Positions 52,001 through 64,000 of a stretch of DNA of 64,000 bases are shown here, piece after piece. Where the stretch lies: positions 992,001 to 1,056,000 of the forward strand of contig NW_027117344.1 of the NCBI RefSeq assembly GCF_038025025.1. The letters are read 5' to 3'. The position numbers were made by a program, and so were the translations under genes. This DNA is from Phyllosticta citribraziliensis. Its lineage: Eukaryota. The first letter of the stretch is position 1. The number at the start of each line of letters is the position of its first letter. The notes under the pieces were generated by a model. That model made no database searches, was not told where the DNA came from, and saw only the letters and a program-made list of their open reading frames with translations.

Positions 52001-53979
52001 TAAAGTTATATAATTAGAGGCCTAGAAGTAGTAATAGAAGGCCTATAGATACTAGGTCTATAACTAGTACCTATTTTAATAATTATTAAAGAATATACTA
52101 CTAAAATAAGTAATAGATAATCCTATAGCTTAAAAATAAATAGTATAATAGCTATATAATAAGTTTAGCTATTATACTAAAGAAGGAATATTTAGAAAAG
52201 TCTTAAATTAGTACTTTTAAGAAGGACTATAGACTAAGTATAAGTAAAAATACTAAGACTATTAGACCTATATATTTTATAGTTTATTATATAATAAGGA
52301 GGCCCTCTACCTATCCCTTAAAATACTAGTCCTAGGTAATAAGTAGTATATAGATATTATCTATATACCTAGAGGTTTCTATATTAATATATAAGAAGTA
52401 GTTTCTAGCTAGATTAAAGGATAGATCCTATATTTATTAAAAGCTACCCTAGTAGCTAACTTCTTATATAAAGAGTTAATTTATTACTATAGTACCTTTT
52501 AATATCTTATTATAGATAGAGGTAGTAAGAACCTAAGCTATACTAAACTTATTATAGAACTATACTATATATCTAAGGTTAATATTTTAGTATACTACCT
52601 AGAGTTAAATAGTATAGTTAAGAGAGGGTATAGGTAAATTAATAATATACTAGCTAAGCTATCTACTAGTAGTACTAAGCCTTAAAGGCTATACTTTTAT
52701 AGTATCTTATAGGCTAATAGGACTATAATTTATAGAATAACTAAAATAACTCCTATAGAGGTCTTATATAGGAGGGACTATATACTCCCTATTAAGATAA
52801 AGATACCTATATAGTAGCTTATACTATAATAAGATATAAAAAGTACTAGAGACCTATTAGCCTTATAAGTAAAGTAGATTAACTTATATAATAAGAAGCT
52901 CTAAAAGATTATATTATAAGTATATTACTTATAGGAGTAGAATAAGGAATAGTTTAATAGCTACTATCTATAAGTTAGAGAAGTAATAGATAAGGGATTT
53001 AATAAAGGGGATTAGGTACTACTCTACTATACTAAGCTTAAGGATAAATATAATATAAAGCTTTACTTCTTCTAGAAAGGGCTATTTAAGATTTATAAGG
53101 CTAATAGGGAAACTAGTACTTACTAGCTTAAAGAACTTAGTAGAGAGAAGGTAGTAAATCTAGTTATAAGAGATAGGCTTAAGAAGTTTACTAATAAGGA
53201 TAAGAACCTAGCTAAGATAGTCTACTAGTAGGTTAATCTATTATTAAAAACTAGTAAGAGCTAGTAGAACTAACTATTATACCTATTATACCTATTAAAT
53301 AGACCCTAGCCTAAAACTAGGATTATATACCTTAAGACCCTAAAGGGTATATTTATCCTATAATATTCTAAGTAAGTATTAGACTAGTATAAGGCTATTA
53401 ATAATAGCTAGGATAATAAGGATAAAAACCTAGATAAATTAAATAAGTAGGATATCTAGATCTTTAGAGTTTTAGTATTTTAAGGTAAAGTTTATATATT
53501 TAAGAGAGGTAGTAGTATTAAGAGAGTTTAAATTAATAAGGGTATAATAAGTTTAGTACTAATAGGCTAATAGTAATATTTACTAATTATAGTTTAGTAT
53601 ACTACTAATAACTCCCCCTTAGGACTAGGGGATAGTTATTAGGCTAATTAGGAGCTATAAAATAACCCTATACTATACCTATAAGCTTATATATCCCTAA
53701 AAATCTTTAGGACCCTAATAACTAAACTATTAGGTCCTAAGCTAAAAATATTTCTTTATTAATACTATAAGTAGGAATGGAGTTTTAGTATTATTATTAG
53801 GTATACTAAGTTAATAAGGATATAGTATATAATTATAAGCTAGCCCTTATATTAGAACTACTCCCTACTAAGTATTTTACTCTTAAGTAGTCATTTCTCT
53901 TCCTTATAGTAAGATATCTTAGAATTTTCCTAATTAGGTCTAGTATAGGTAGTACTCTTACTAAAGAATTACTACTTAA

Positions 53980-56900
53980 CTATTATAACTACTACCCCTA
54001 TAATAATTCCCCCCTACTATTATAATAGAGGATATACTTATTAACCCTACTATAGATATTACTACTACTAAAGATACTAATAATACTATTATCTTAGCTA
54101 ATTATAATATTATCTATCTTTATAAAGCTTCTATTACTAATATTATCTAATATACCTATAAGGCTAATCCTTATAGGGCTATAAAGGAGCTTATTTATTA
54201 CTATTATATTCCTAGTACTATTACTTAGAAAGACTAGGAAACTATACTAGACTATATTAGTACCTACCTATCTAGTAAAGATTACCTAGATAAGTACTAT
54301 AATTTTATTTACTAGCTATATAACTTCTATAAATTATAGTAGGAGGGCCTAGTTAGGCTAGGTATAATTATTAATAATATTATTAACTAGGGTACCTTAT
54401 TCTAAGATTTTAAGAGCTATAGTTATAATATAGCCTAAGACTTCTAGATCTTTAAGAGGGACTATAATTTATTAAAGGAGGACTAGTAGTATAAAGATAA
54501 ATATTACTAGGATATATAAAATATAATTAATAGTAACTTTAACTTTACTAAGCTTAATCTAGATAAGAATAGTAAAACTAGTATATATAATATTAAAGTA
54601 GGCTTATAAAAATATATTAGTAGCTTTATAAAGATTATAGGTCCTTAGAGGGGTATTATCTATATAGATTTTCTTAAGAAAGAGCTAGCTAAGATTATAC
54701 TACTAGAGCTAGCTATTAAGAATAGAGGCTATAAGGCTCTACTACTAAAGTTAGCTTCTTAGACTATATTAGGTAAGCTAATCTACTATATTAATTAATA
54801 TATTACTATTATAAAGCTATCTTATAACCCTAAAGTTATAGGTACTTAGCTAGTCTATAATAAGTATAGAATATCTTATCTTTACCTAGACCTTATAATA
54901 TAATAAGGGTCTTTATAGTAAGGATACCTATATTATATAGCTATTATTACCTTAGAGCTTATAGAGATACTACTAGAATAGGCTATATACTATAATTCTC
55001 TAATAAATACCCCTATAGAAATAGATACTAGCTAGTTTACTACCTTATTTAGAGAGTACTTAGGTAAGGAAGATTTTATTAGGGTAGTAACTATAGGCCC
55101 TAATAAGGATATAGATAAAGCTTTCTATTACTCTACTTATAAATTAGGAGTAATATTTAGTAAGTCTACTAGTATATTATCTATATAACTAAGTACTAGT
55201 ATAGTAACTCTCCCCTAGGCTAGTAATAAGTTATCTACTACCTAAGCTAATAGTAATATTAACCTAGTACTTTTTATAAATAATTTAGCTATTAGTTTTA
55301 CTAGTCCTAGTAATAATTTAGTAGATATTCTTAATATATCTAGGCTATCTAATAATATTATAAATATAGCCCTAAGCTATAACTTCCCTAGTAATAATAT
55401 CTAGAATACTTTAAAGTAATAGAGGTCCCCTCCTTAGGAGGAAGAGCCTAGTAAATACTACTATCTTAATATCCCTCCTATTACCCCTAATATATACTAG
55501 TAAATTATACTAACTATTAAAAGTTTAGTCTATAGAAGTAATAATAATAATACTATTCTCCTAATAAATAAGGATAATAAGGAAGAGGTCTATAGTAATA
55601 AAGAGGTAGACTTAGACCTAGAGGTTATTATTATATCTCTAACTAATAGTACTAAGAAGATTTATATAGCTAAGTACTATATCTATACTAGAACTAATAG
55701 CTAGATCTTATCTACTAAATTTTATAAGAAATTTCCTACTAAGGCTATCCCTATTTCTAAGGAGTCCTAGTAAAAGAAGCTTTATAAGCTTAATAAGGCT
55801 AAAGACTAGTATAACCTAAATAACTATTATAACTCTTATATCTATAGGATTAGTAAATACTTAGATCTTTAAACTAAGTAGGGAATAGATAACCTTATTT
55901 ACCTCTACTTAGAATATATTTAGTATAACTATAAGAGATTATCTAATATCCTATCCTATAAGGATAGGTATTATTAGTTTATACTATCCTTCTACCTAGT
56001 TTACCCTACTAATACTATAGGCCTATATATATTTAGCTATAACTATAATACCTAGTTTAAGGCTATTATAGCTATAGTTTAGAATATAATCCCTACCCTT
56101 AATAAGAGTCTTACTACTCTATTTAGTATAGGCTATAGCTAGTATCTAGACCTTACTAATACTCTACTTAATAAGTTTAAGGCTACTAATAATTTAGTTA
56201 CTAATAGCTCTCTCTTTAGCTTCCTAGATAGTATATACTCTAGAATTAATAAGGAGTTTAGCTACTACCTCTAGTACTAGTAGGAGATTAATACTTACTA
56301 AAACCTAGGCTAGAACTATATAATATTCTACTTACTAGTATAGTAGCTTATTTATTAGTACCTAGTATACTAGCTCTTATATATCTTACTTAGGCCTAAT
56401 TATACTTACCAGCTCTATATAATACTATACTATATAAAGGATTAGAAAAAGGGTAACTATACTAAGTTCTACTACTTTAATATTAACTTAAATAACTATA
56501 CTAATACTAATAGGGGTATTAATATAATTTAGGGTACTATCTCCCTTAATAGTAAGACTAATATAGACTATATAATTTTAATAGAGGGCTTTATACCTTA
56601 TTTTAAGGATTATAGGAATAGTACTATTACTAAGAAGGTATATAACCCTATAAATATAACTAGTATTACTAATATTAAGAAGGGTCCTATTCTTAACTAC
56701 CTTATTAAGTTTACTAAAGATAGAGGCCTAAGCTAGTCTAATAATAAGATAGTAGCCTATAGTACTAGGATTTCCTACTTAATAATACTATATAGAGCTA
56801 AGGGCCTAGTAAAGGGTATATATAAGATAATCTTCCTATAGTACTATAAAGTTAACTAGGACTATAATTACCTAGAAATTAATAAGAAAGGTACTTAGGT

Positions 56901-57429
56901 AGAGCTAGTAATATACTATAAGAACTAGGTCCCTCTTAAAGTTATACCTATTAGTTTCCTATATATATATAGCTATTACCCCTATAAGTTTCTAGTATTA
57001 GTAGAGATAGTTAGTATTAATCTAATTAGTAATACTTTAGTCTACTCTTATTACTAGGACTCCCTATTAGTTATAAAGGAAGTTAAGAAGGTTATAAATA
57101 TAGCTAGTAATCCTAAGGTACTAGCTAGCTATTTCTATAATATAGAGCTAGATATAATTAATACTTATAATAAGCTATTCCTAGTCTTTATTAAAGAGGA
57201 GAAGTATACCTTTAATAAGAAGTCCTACTTCTACTATAAGGATAATAATATTACTAGGCCTACTCCTAATAAGCCTCTACTAACTAATAAGGATATTATT
57301 AAAGCTATAGGTATCTAGTACTATAATAAGTATAGTAAGGATAAGAACTAGGATAATATCTTACCTACTAGCCCTATTTATAGGAGTATATATAACCTAG
57401 GTAAGTAGTATACTAATTAGCTACTCTAA
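53980..57429 (+). pseudogene. RIP-mutated extra ORF of element B (~1150 codons) with a putative C-terminal 2OG-Fe(II) dioxygenase domain
   Basis: A single frame (codon starts at 1 mod 3) gives protein-like codons from ~54028 to ~57429, with stops of TAA/TAG type. De-RIP motifs FRHFDIN (56467-56487), MIQGxISLD (56524-56550), PHG (56788-56796), RKTIFPWY (56821-56844). Ends are approximate. Confidence 0.7.
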
Positions 57430-57529
57430 CCTAGCCTCCTATAGACTATAGCTTATTCTCTCTCTTACCTTTTATCCTTATTTCTTCTTACTTACTAGGG
57501 GATAGTAAAATAAGGAGTACCCCCCTATA

Positions 57530-58125
57530 TATAGTACTACTAGCTAGTATAGTTTTTATAGCTTTTAATAGTTACTTTTAGTAATTATAGTTCTTATTCT
57601 TAGCTATAGTTTTAGCTTAGATATAAGTAGAAGATTAGGCTAGTAAGAAAATAAGACTATAGGTAGCTCTAGAATACTAGGAAGGTATAGTTCTATATAG
57701 TTTAGTAGTAATAATAATAGCTAATAAAAGTATAAGTAAATTTAGTATCTTTAGTAGTAATAGGAGGTTTTATACTATTAGTATTTTTAGTAGTAGATTA
57801 GCTAGTTATATACCCCCTTTTATAGCTACTTATTAAGAGGCACTACTTATATATATAAAGTCTTTTATACTTAGTTAAACTATTATCTACTAAATACTTA
57901 GTTATTTATTTATTTATACTTATTATTTATACCTAAATCTTATACTACTTAGATAATAAAGCAACGGCTAGATAGTGGCTTATTTTAATTAGTTTAGTAG
58001 TTATTTTATTCCTACCCTATAGAGCCTACTTATTTACTACTAGTTACTATCTCTTATACCTCTTCTAGCGCTAGCATCTTGGCCGGCTAAGTAAGTATAT
58101 TAGTAAGTAGCTAGTCCCGCCTATA
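57530..58125 (+). repeat. 3' LTR of element B (596 bp)
   Basis: Colinear with 32467-33062. Confidence 0.9.
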
Positions 58126-60777
58126 CTATAGGTATAGATATTAGAAGGATCTTTAGATCTAAAAATAATAGGATTATCCTTCTTAAAATCTAAGATAGGC
58201 TCCTATTTATATAACTAAGGTATCCCTAATATAATATTATAGCCTAGGATCCTTATTATATTAAATTTAATATATTCTTAGTATTATTATTTATATTCTA
58301 GGGCTATATTGTTCATTTCATATTAGACCTTTCTATTTTTAGTATTTACTATAGTTCTATCTATAGTATAAAGCTTATAAGGATTTTCTTTTAACCTCAT
58401 TAATAGTTTATACTTATTATAGAATCTAGAGTCTATAAAGACTCCTTAGGCTCTAGTATCTATTAAAGCTTAGGCTTTAATTCCTTTAATTTTAATTATT
58501 ACTACTAAGTTCTTATAGTAGTCTTTCTTCTTATCTTTATTAAATAAAGTAGAAGAGAGGGACTTAATATTATCTAAAATAGTTTTAGATTATATTAAGG
58601 TCTTAGTAGTCCTTATAGCTAAGACCTTCTAGAGTTTTTTGCCTATTTAGGTATTAATTTATTTATATTTTTATCCTAGGAATTATTAGTATCTATGGCC
58701 CTTAGTAAGTGGTTATTATTATTTTTATAGCTAGATTTAAAGCTAGACTTATAGCTAGTTTTAGGCTTATATTAATTATTAGGCCTATAGCTTTTATATC
58801 TATTAGAAGTGCCCCTAGATTTATTATTACCTCTAGAGTAGTTAGATTTTCCTCTATAGGCTTTAGATAAATCTATAGGATCCCCCTAGGAACTAGAATT
58901 ACCCTTAGAATAATAAGAGCTAGTATTCTACTCCTAATACTACTAATAGCTCCTACTATTAATCCTTATAACTATATCTATAAGAGATGCTAAGATTTTA
59001 TATAGATCTTATCTAGCTAGCTTATCTTTAATCTTATCCTTTAATCTAAGTTTATATTAGTATATTAATACTGGTTTATTCTATTCTAATTTAGTATAAT
59101 ATTATTAGAATAGTATTATATAGTTAGTAGCTCCTTTATATTATTATAGAGCAGTTAGGTATTATTCTACCTCTTTAGTTTTATTATAGATACTAAATAT
59201 CTCTCTAATAGATTTAGTATATTATTAGTAATTATTAAAAATATTAGTAGTTATTTCTTAATATTCCTAAAGTTCCTTTTCTTAGAAATCTCTTTTATAA
59301 GGTTTAAACTAATTAAATATAGTACCTCTTAGAAAACTAGAGGTATAGATTACTTTATCTACCTTATCCCTAAATTATAACTTATAGAATTAGAAGTAAT
59401 TAGCTACTTAAGCTAAGTAGGGCTCTAGCTTAACCCTATCCCTATAGAAGTTATTAGATTTAGAGACCTTTATATTAGATCTCCTATACTCTATAGGAGT
59501 ATCTATAGTATTAGATAATATAATACCCTATATTAATACTAAAGGCAGTATATTATTAGGATTATTACCTAGAGTAGCCTAGGCTAACCTTTAATTAAGC
59601 TTATTAATCTCTATCTACTAATTTATAGTAGATTATTAATATTTATTAAAGGTAGCCTATATATTAGCTTCTAGGTTTCTAATATATTCTCCTAATTTAT
59701 AGTTTATAGGAGTATCCTCTATATTATATAAAAAAGATACTTATATATTTTTCCTATATAAAGTTCTATAATAATAGGATATAAGTCTTTTTAATAATAG
59801 ACTAGAGAGTTAGAGCTCTCTAGGAGTAGTAAAGCTATAATAGTATACTTTAGGTAATCCTAATTAGGTAATTACTAAGGCTACTTAGTACTTAACTAAT
59901 AGTTCTAGGTATCTAGATATAGTACTTAATAAGTAATAATAAATAATAACCCCTAAAGATAGTTATATATACCTAGCCTAATCCTTTATTATATAGGACT
60001 TATATATACCTAGATAATAAAATACTAAGGTAGAGTATAGTAGGTAGAGCTATATAACCTAATATCTAGTCTATTAGCTTAAATAATAGAGAGGTACTTC
60101 CCTATTAAATAAGAGGTATAAGGAAGGGGAGTAGACCCTTATAATATATACTACTATAACTAAATAACCTTAGACTATTTTCTAAAGGCTACGTAATAGA
60201 TAATAATATAGACTAAATTATTATATACTTAGTTATAAGAAATATATAGAGGTAGAATAATAATCCTTAATAAAGAATTAATAAATAAAATTACTACTAA
60301 AGAGAAAGCTATTCTAGAGGGCTAGGAGGCCTCTTTATATACCTTTCTAGTTAGTACTAAGCTAATCTACTAGCTAGCTATTAGTAAGACTTATTTATTA
60401 GTTATAAGTTACCTCTAACTCTTAACTATAACTCTTACTATTAAAGTTCTTCTAGACTAATTTATTTAGATCTAGATTATAGACTATAATACTACTATAT
60501 CCTTATTCTAAGGAGTGGTCTTAAAGTCTAAAATATAAAGGAGATAATATAAACCTTAACTAGGTTAAGTACCCTAGATTTACTAGAGGTATTAACTTTT
60601 CCTTCTCCTTTTTACTTTCTATTTTAGAAGGAACTAACTATACTATTTTTCCCTAACTAGGACTATTCTTTAGTCCTTATATAGCTCTTCCTATCCTAAT
60701 ATTAATAACTAACTTTTAACTATTAATTCTCTTAGAATAAACCTTTACTTTAATTTATAAGAAGGGATATCCTCCTT
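58126..60777 (-). mobile_element. Element A1, 5' part (protease, gag); 5' LTR displaced beyond the window
   Basis: De-RIP protease ALIDTGAQGVFID at ~58435-58470 and gag GDPMDLSK at ~58865-58890. Same strand and correct domain order to continue the RT fragment ending at 32466. Confidence 0.75.
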
Positions 60778-63700
60778 TATTACAAGTTTAGTTAGGACGT
60801 CTTTTCTTAAGTAAGGATTATATTATTATTATTTCTATCTTAGCCCTAGGGCCCTACTTATTCTTATCTACTTACTTATACTACTAAGCCTACTAGCTAG
60901 TACCTACCTTACTTACCTAAGGTATCCCTAACTATTTATAGACTATAATAGTAGTAGCTAAAAAAAGGAGTTATCTTTAACTTAGAATTTACTATCCTTC
61001 TCTACCTATTAAGAAATATCCCCCTTTTAGGATAAGTAAGAAAAGAAAAGGAAGTAATTAGAAAGAAAGAAATAGATCTATACTAGGATATATTTAATTA
61101 TTAGTATCCCTATCTTTATCTATATTAGACTAGTCTTTACTACCTATTATATTATTATTATAAGGCAGGGCTAATAACTAGATAAGGAGGTTTTTCTATA
61201 TATTAGTACTATAACTACTTTTATCTTCTCCTAGTATAGGTATATAATATATAGTAATACCTATATCTATATAGAAATTAGGGTAAAGGTATCCTAAGGG
61301 AATATAGCCTATAAATTATTTAGTAAACCTAATATTAGTACCTAGGAATTATTACTCTAGACTATCTATATCCTATAATATATATAATATAAGTAGTTAT
61401 AGGGTAAGTAGTCTAGTAACCTATATATATTCTAGAGGGTCCTCCCTAATATATTAGATTAGGTAGTTTAATCCTATATAAAAAGTAAGATTATTAACTA
61501 GTATAAGAGTAATAAACTTATTAGGGATAATTCCTCTAATAATAAGGTATATAGCTTAGTAAGGATCTATTATAAGGAGTATAGCTATTAGGTCTATATA
61601 TTAGTAGAGAGAGCCTACTTTAACTAAGTTAAGATATTAATATACTATATAGTTTACTAAATACTCTAGAGAAGTAGCTTTACCTAGACTAGTAATATTA
61701 CCTTAATTAGTAGGACTATTCTTAGGGATTAAGGGGTCTTTTATACTAGTATTAGATCTAATATACTTACTATTATTATTAGGTTTATCTAAAAGTAGCT
61801 TATCCTAAGTTATAAGTAGGGTATTATTAATATCTACTATAAATATAGTATAGTTAGGATAGTCTAGGTAAACCTATAGAGTAAGCTTATCTAGGCCTTT
61901 AGATTTTATATCTAATAATATTATATTCTTATTAGGAGGGGGTATATCTTAAAGTATCTTTATAAGCTCTACCTTATTATTATTAATAGGATTATTATAT
62001 TAGTACTAACCTACTCCTACTTTAGGAGTATAGAACCTAGTACCTATAGATTACTTATTCCTATTTTTTATAAGGGTAGTAGTAAATATATAGAGCTCTA
62101 CTAGTAGTATATTATCTCTTATTATATAGTCTATTATAAGAGTATAATAGCCTTCTCTATCCTATATTTCTTACTTATAAAGGTACTACTTTATACCCTT
62201 AGGGACTAGGATATCTTTATATATAGAGAAAAGTAGTCTATTATAATTATAGATAGTAAGGCCTCCTATTACCTAGGGGTATATCTTATTAATATTAGAG
62301 TTACTAGGCTTCTTTCTATTAATATACTTATTATAGCCTTCCCTACTAATAAGTCTATACTATTCTATAAGTATTATATACTAGATCTTACTATCCTTAT
62401 CTTAGTAGTATAAGGCCTATTTATTAAGGTAATAATATAGGTTTAGTCCTCTATCTTTATAATAAAATAGCTAGAGTTAGTAGAGGTTATAGAACTTTAG
62501 ATCTATTATTACTTAATAAGCTAAGTAGTAGAGGGTACCTATTATTATAGAGGATAGGCTTATATTAGGTAGGGGAAGATATTAATCTTTAATAAATATA
62601 CCTAAAATATAGTTAATAATAGAAAAGTTACTAGTATCTATTAAGAATATAGTATCTTAGTCCTATTTATACTCTATAAAAGTCTTAGGATTATAGAATA
62701 AATAGTATATACTTTCCTTTAAGAATAATTAGTCTTCTATTTTACCTTAGGGACTAACTACTACTAGTTTATCTAGTATAATATTAGGCGCGCCCCTTAG
62801 TTTCTTTAATTATATAGTAATATTTAATATACTAATAGTCTTCTCTATTTTCTTTATCTTCTATAGTATAATTAGTCTCTTAGGTTCTACCCTTTCTTTT
62901 CTCTACCTTAGTATTAGGGTATCTAGGAATTCCTTTTCTAAATCTATATTATTATTAGGAACTTAGGGTATATATTAAATTATAGTTATAATAATCTTAT
63001 TAGTATTATAGGAAATATTAATAAGTTAGTAAGTTTACTTTCTAATAGCTAAATTCTAGGCCTAGAGGTCTATATTAATAATATCTACTATTTTATAGCT
63101 TACCTTAATCTATAGAGTTACTCTAATTATACTAAAATTATAAGGAGTCTATATTAAACTATAATTATAAGGAGCTAGTATTCCTATATTAAGAAGGCTT
63201 ATAACTAGATTAAGGGTAAGACTAGGTTAAGGTATAGTTTCTAATAAAAAGATAGGTATCTACTATCTCTTATTCTTAATATCCTCCTCTAATTCTTTAG
63301 TAGTAAAGTACTTATACTTATTACTATAATTAGTATTATACTCTCTTATATATATTTCTAGTATACTACTATTATTATTACCTTAGTAGAAGCTATAGGT
63401 TTAATATTCTAAGCCTTTAGCCCCTAATATACTATATCCTTATATAGTTATAGAGGTAGAAGGTAGTATATTTATTATTAGTATATCTACTATTAGTATT
63501 ATAGTACTAATATATAGGATAGTCTTAAAGGGGTCTACTATCTCTTTATTATTAGTAACTTAGTTTAGTATATCCTATTATAAATACTTACTAGTATTAG
63601 GAGAGAAGTAGTTATTCTATACTTCTAGCCTAGGGATAGTATTATTTTACTTAAGGGTAGGTATACTATTACTAGTAGTAGGGGTATTATTTAGTATTAT

Positions 63701-64000
63701 ATCTACTAGTAGGACTATACCTATATTAGGTACTATATTATAATTATTATATAAAAGGTTCTACTATTCTTATAGGTTAGTAATATTTATTAAGGTAGTA
63801 CTAGTAAGTCTATTCCTATTATAGTTTAAAGGCTAACTATATTAGTCTCTTAGGTAGTTTATATATTTATATTATAGATAAGGTTATATAGTAAGGTTAG
63901 TATAGGGTTATAAGTTAATATCCTATAGGGCCTAGTATTAATTAGGTATATATACTATAGCTAATACTAGTTACCCTACTAATATATAGCCCTCTTCTTA
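60778..64000 (-). mobile_element. Second C-family element (C'), inverted, 3' end; continues beyond the window
   Basis: 173-bp LTR at 60778-60950 is the reverse complement of 37301-37473; 60951-62563 matches C 37300-35688; beyond 62564 the sequence is absent from C. Confidence 0.85.

Larger units (their letters stand above)
32467..58125 (+). mobile_element. Ty3/Gypsy element B (non-chromovirus type), ~13.3 kb excluding nested C and A2, with a large extra 3' ORF
   Basis: 596-bp direct LTRs at 32467-33062 and 57530-58125. De-RIP: gag CCHC knuckle 47579-47620, protease ALVDTGA ~49321, RT LF(M/V)DD ~50845, RNase H AVDGSGIGWGAVL ~51350, integrase WHVDI ~52345 and NGMVERGH ~52610, GPF...DRLKKF ~53080-53190. 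No matching TSD found. Confidence 0.88.
26850..64000. other. AT-rich RIP-mutated transposon block (probable heterochromatin)
   Basis: Abrupt compositional switch at ~26.84-26.86 kb; near absence of CA/TG and CG, excess TA; no ORF of 60 aa or more in the track; retroelement motifs readable only after reverting C>T/G>A. Confidence 0.95.

Noticed and set aside
53980..57429. B extra ORF as an env glycoprotein
   Set aside because: Only the position is env-like. The readable motifs fit a soluble oxygenase, and apparent hydrophobicity is inflated by RIP.
26850..64000. AT-rich block as mitochondrial DNA/NUMT or contamination
   Set aside because: The dinucleotide bias is RIP-like, and the block is explained by LTR pairs, TSDs and Gypsy domains.

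Overview
Genomic DNA from a filamentous ascomycete with active RIP (repeat-induced point mutation), in two sharply separated compartments. (1) 1-~26.8 kb is GC-balanced and gene-dense, with mostly spliced housekeeping genes: a mitochondrial PPR protein running off the left edge, ERG8, a UBL3/MUB-like CaaX protein, UMP1, a MAPEG protein, SEN54, an UNC-93-like MFS transporter, SCY1, a mitochondrial BCAT, RPL35, GOS1, ATP10 and a cerato-platanin. A stop-interrupted ORF sits at the boundary. (2) ~26.85-64 kb is an AT-rich block almost free of CpA/TpG and CpG. It resolves into a three-level nest of Ty3/Gypsy LTR elements. Chromovirus A1 (minus) is split by the ~13.3-kb element B (plus). B's 5' leader carries element C (4.1 kb, TSD ATACT) and the complete chromovirus A2 (8.2 kb, TSD GTAGG). 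An inverted C-family copy interrupts the A1 gag/leader at the right edge. The main result comes from manually reverting RIP transitions (inference, no database search was run): the elements carry accessory genes. B has a ~1150-codon sense ORF after pol whose C-terminal part reads as a 2OG-Fe(II) dioxygenase (HxD...H...R) with a putative NLS. A2 has an antisense two-intron gene ending in a DUF3716-like Cys cluster. Family C has a long unknown 3' ORF.
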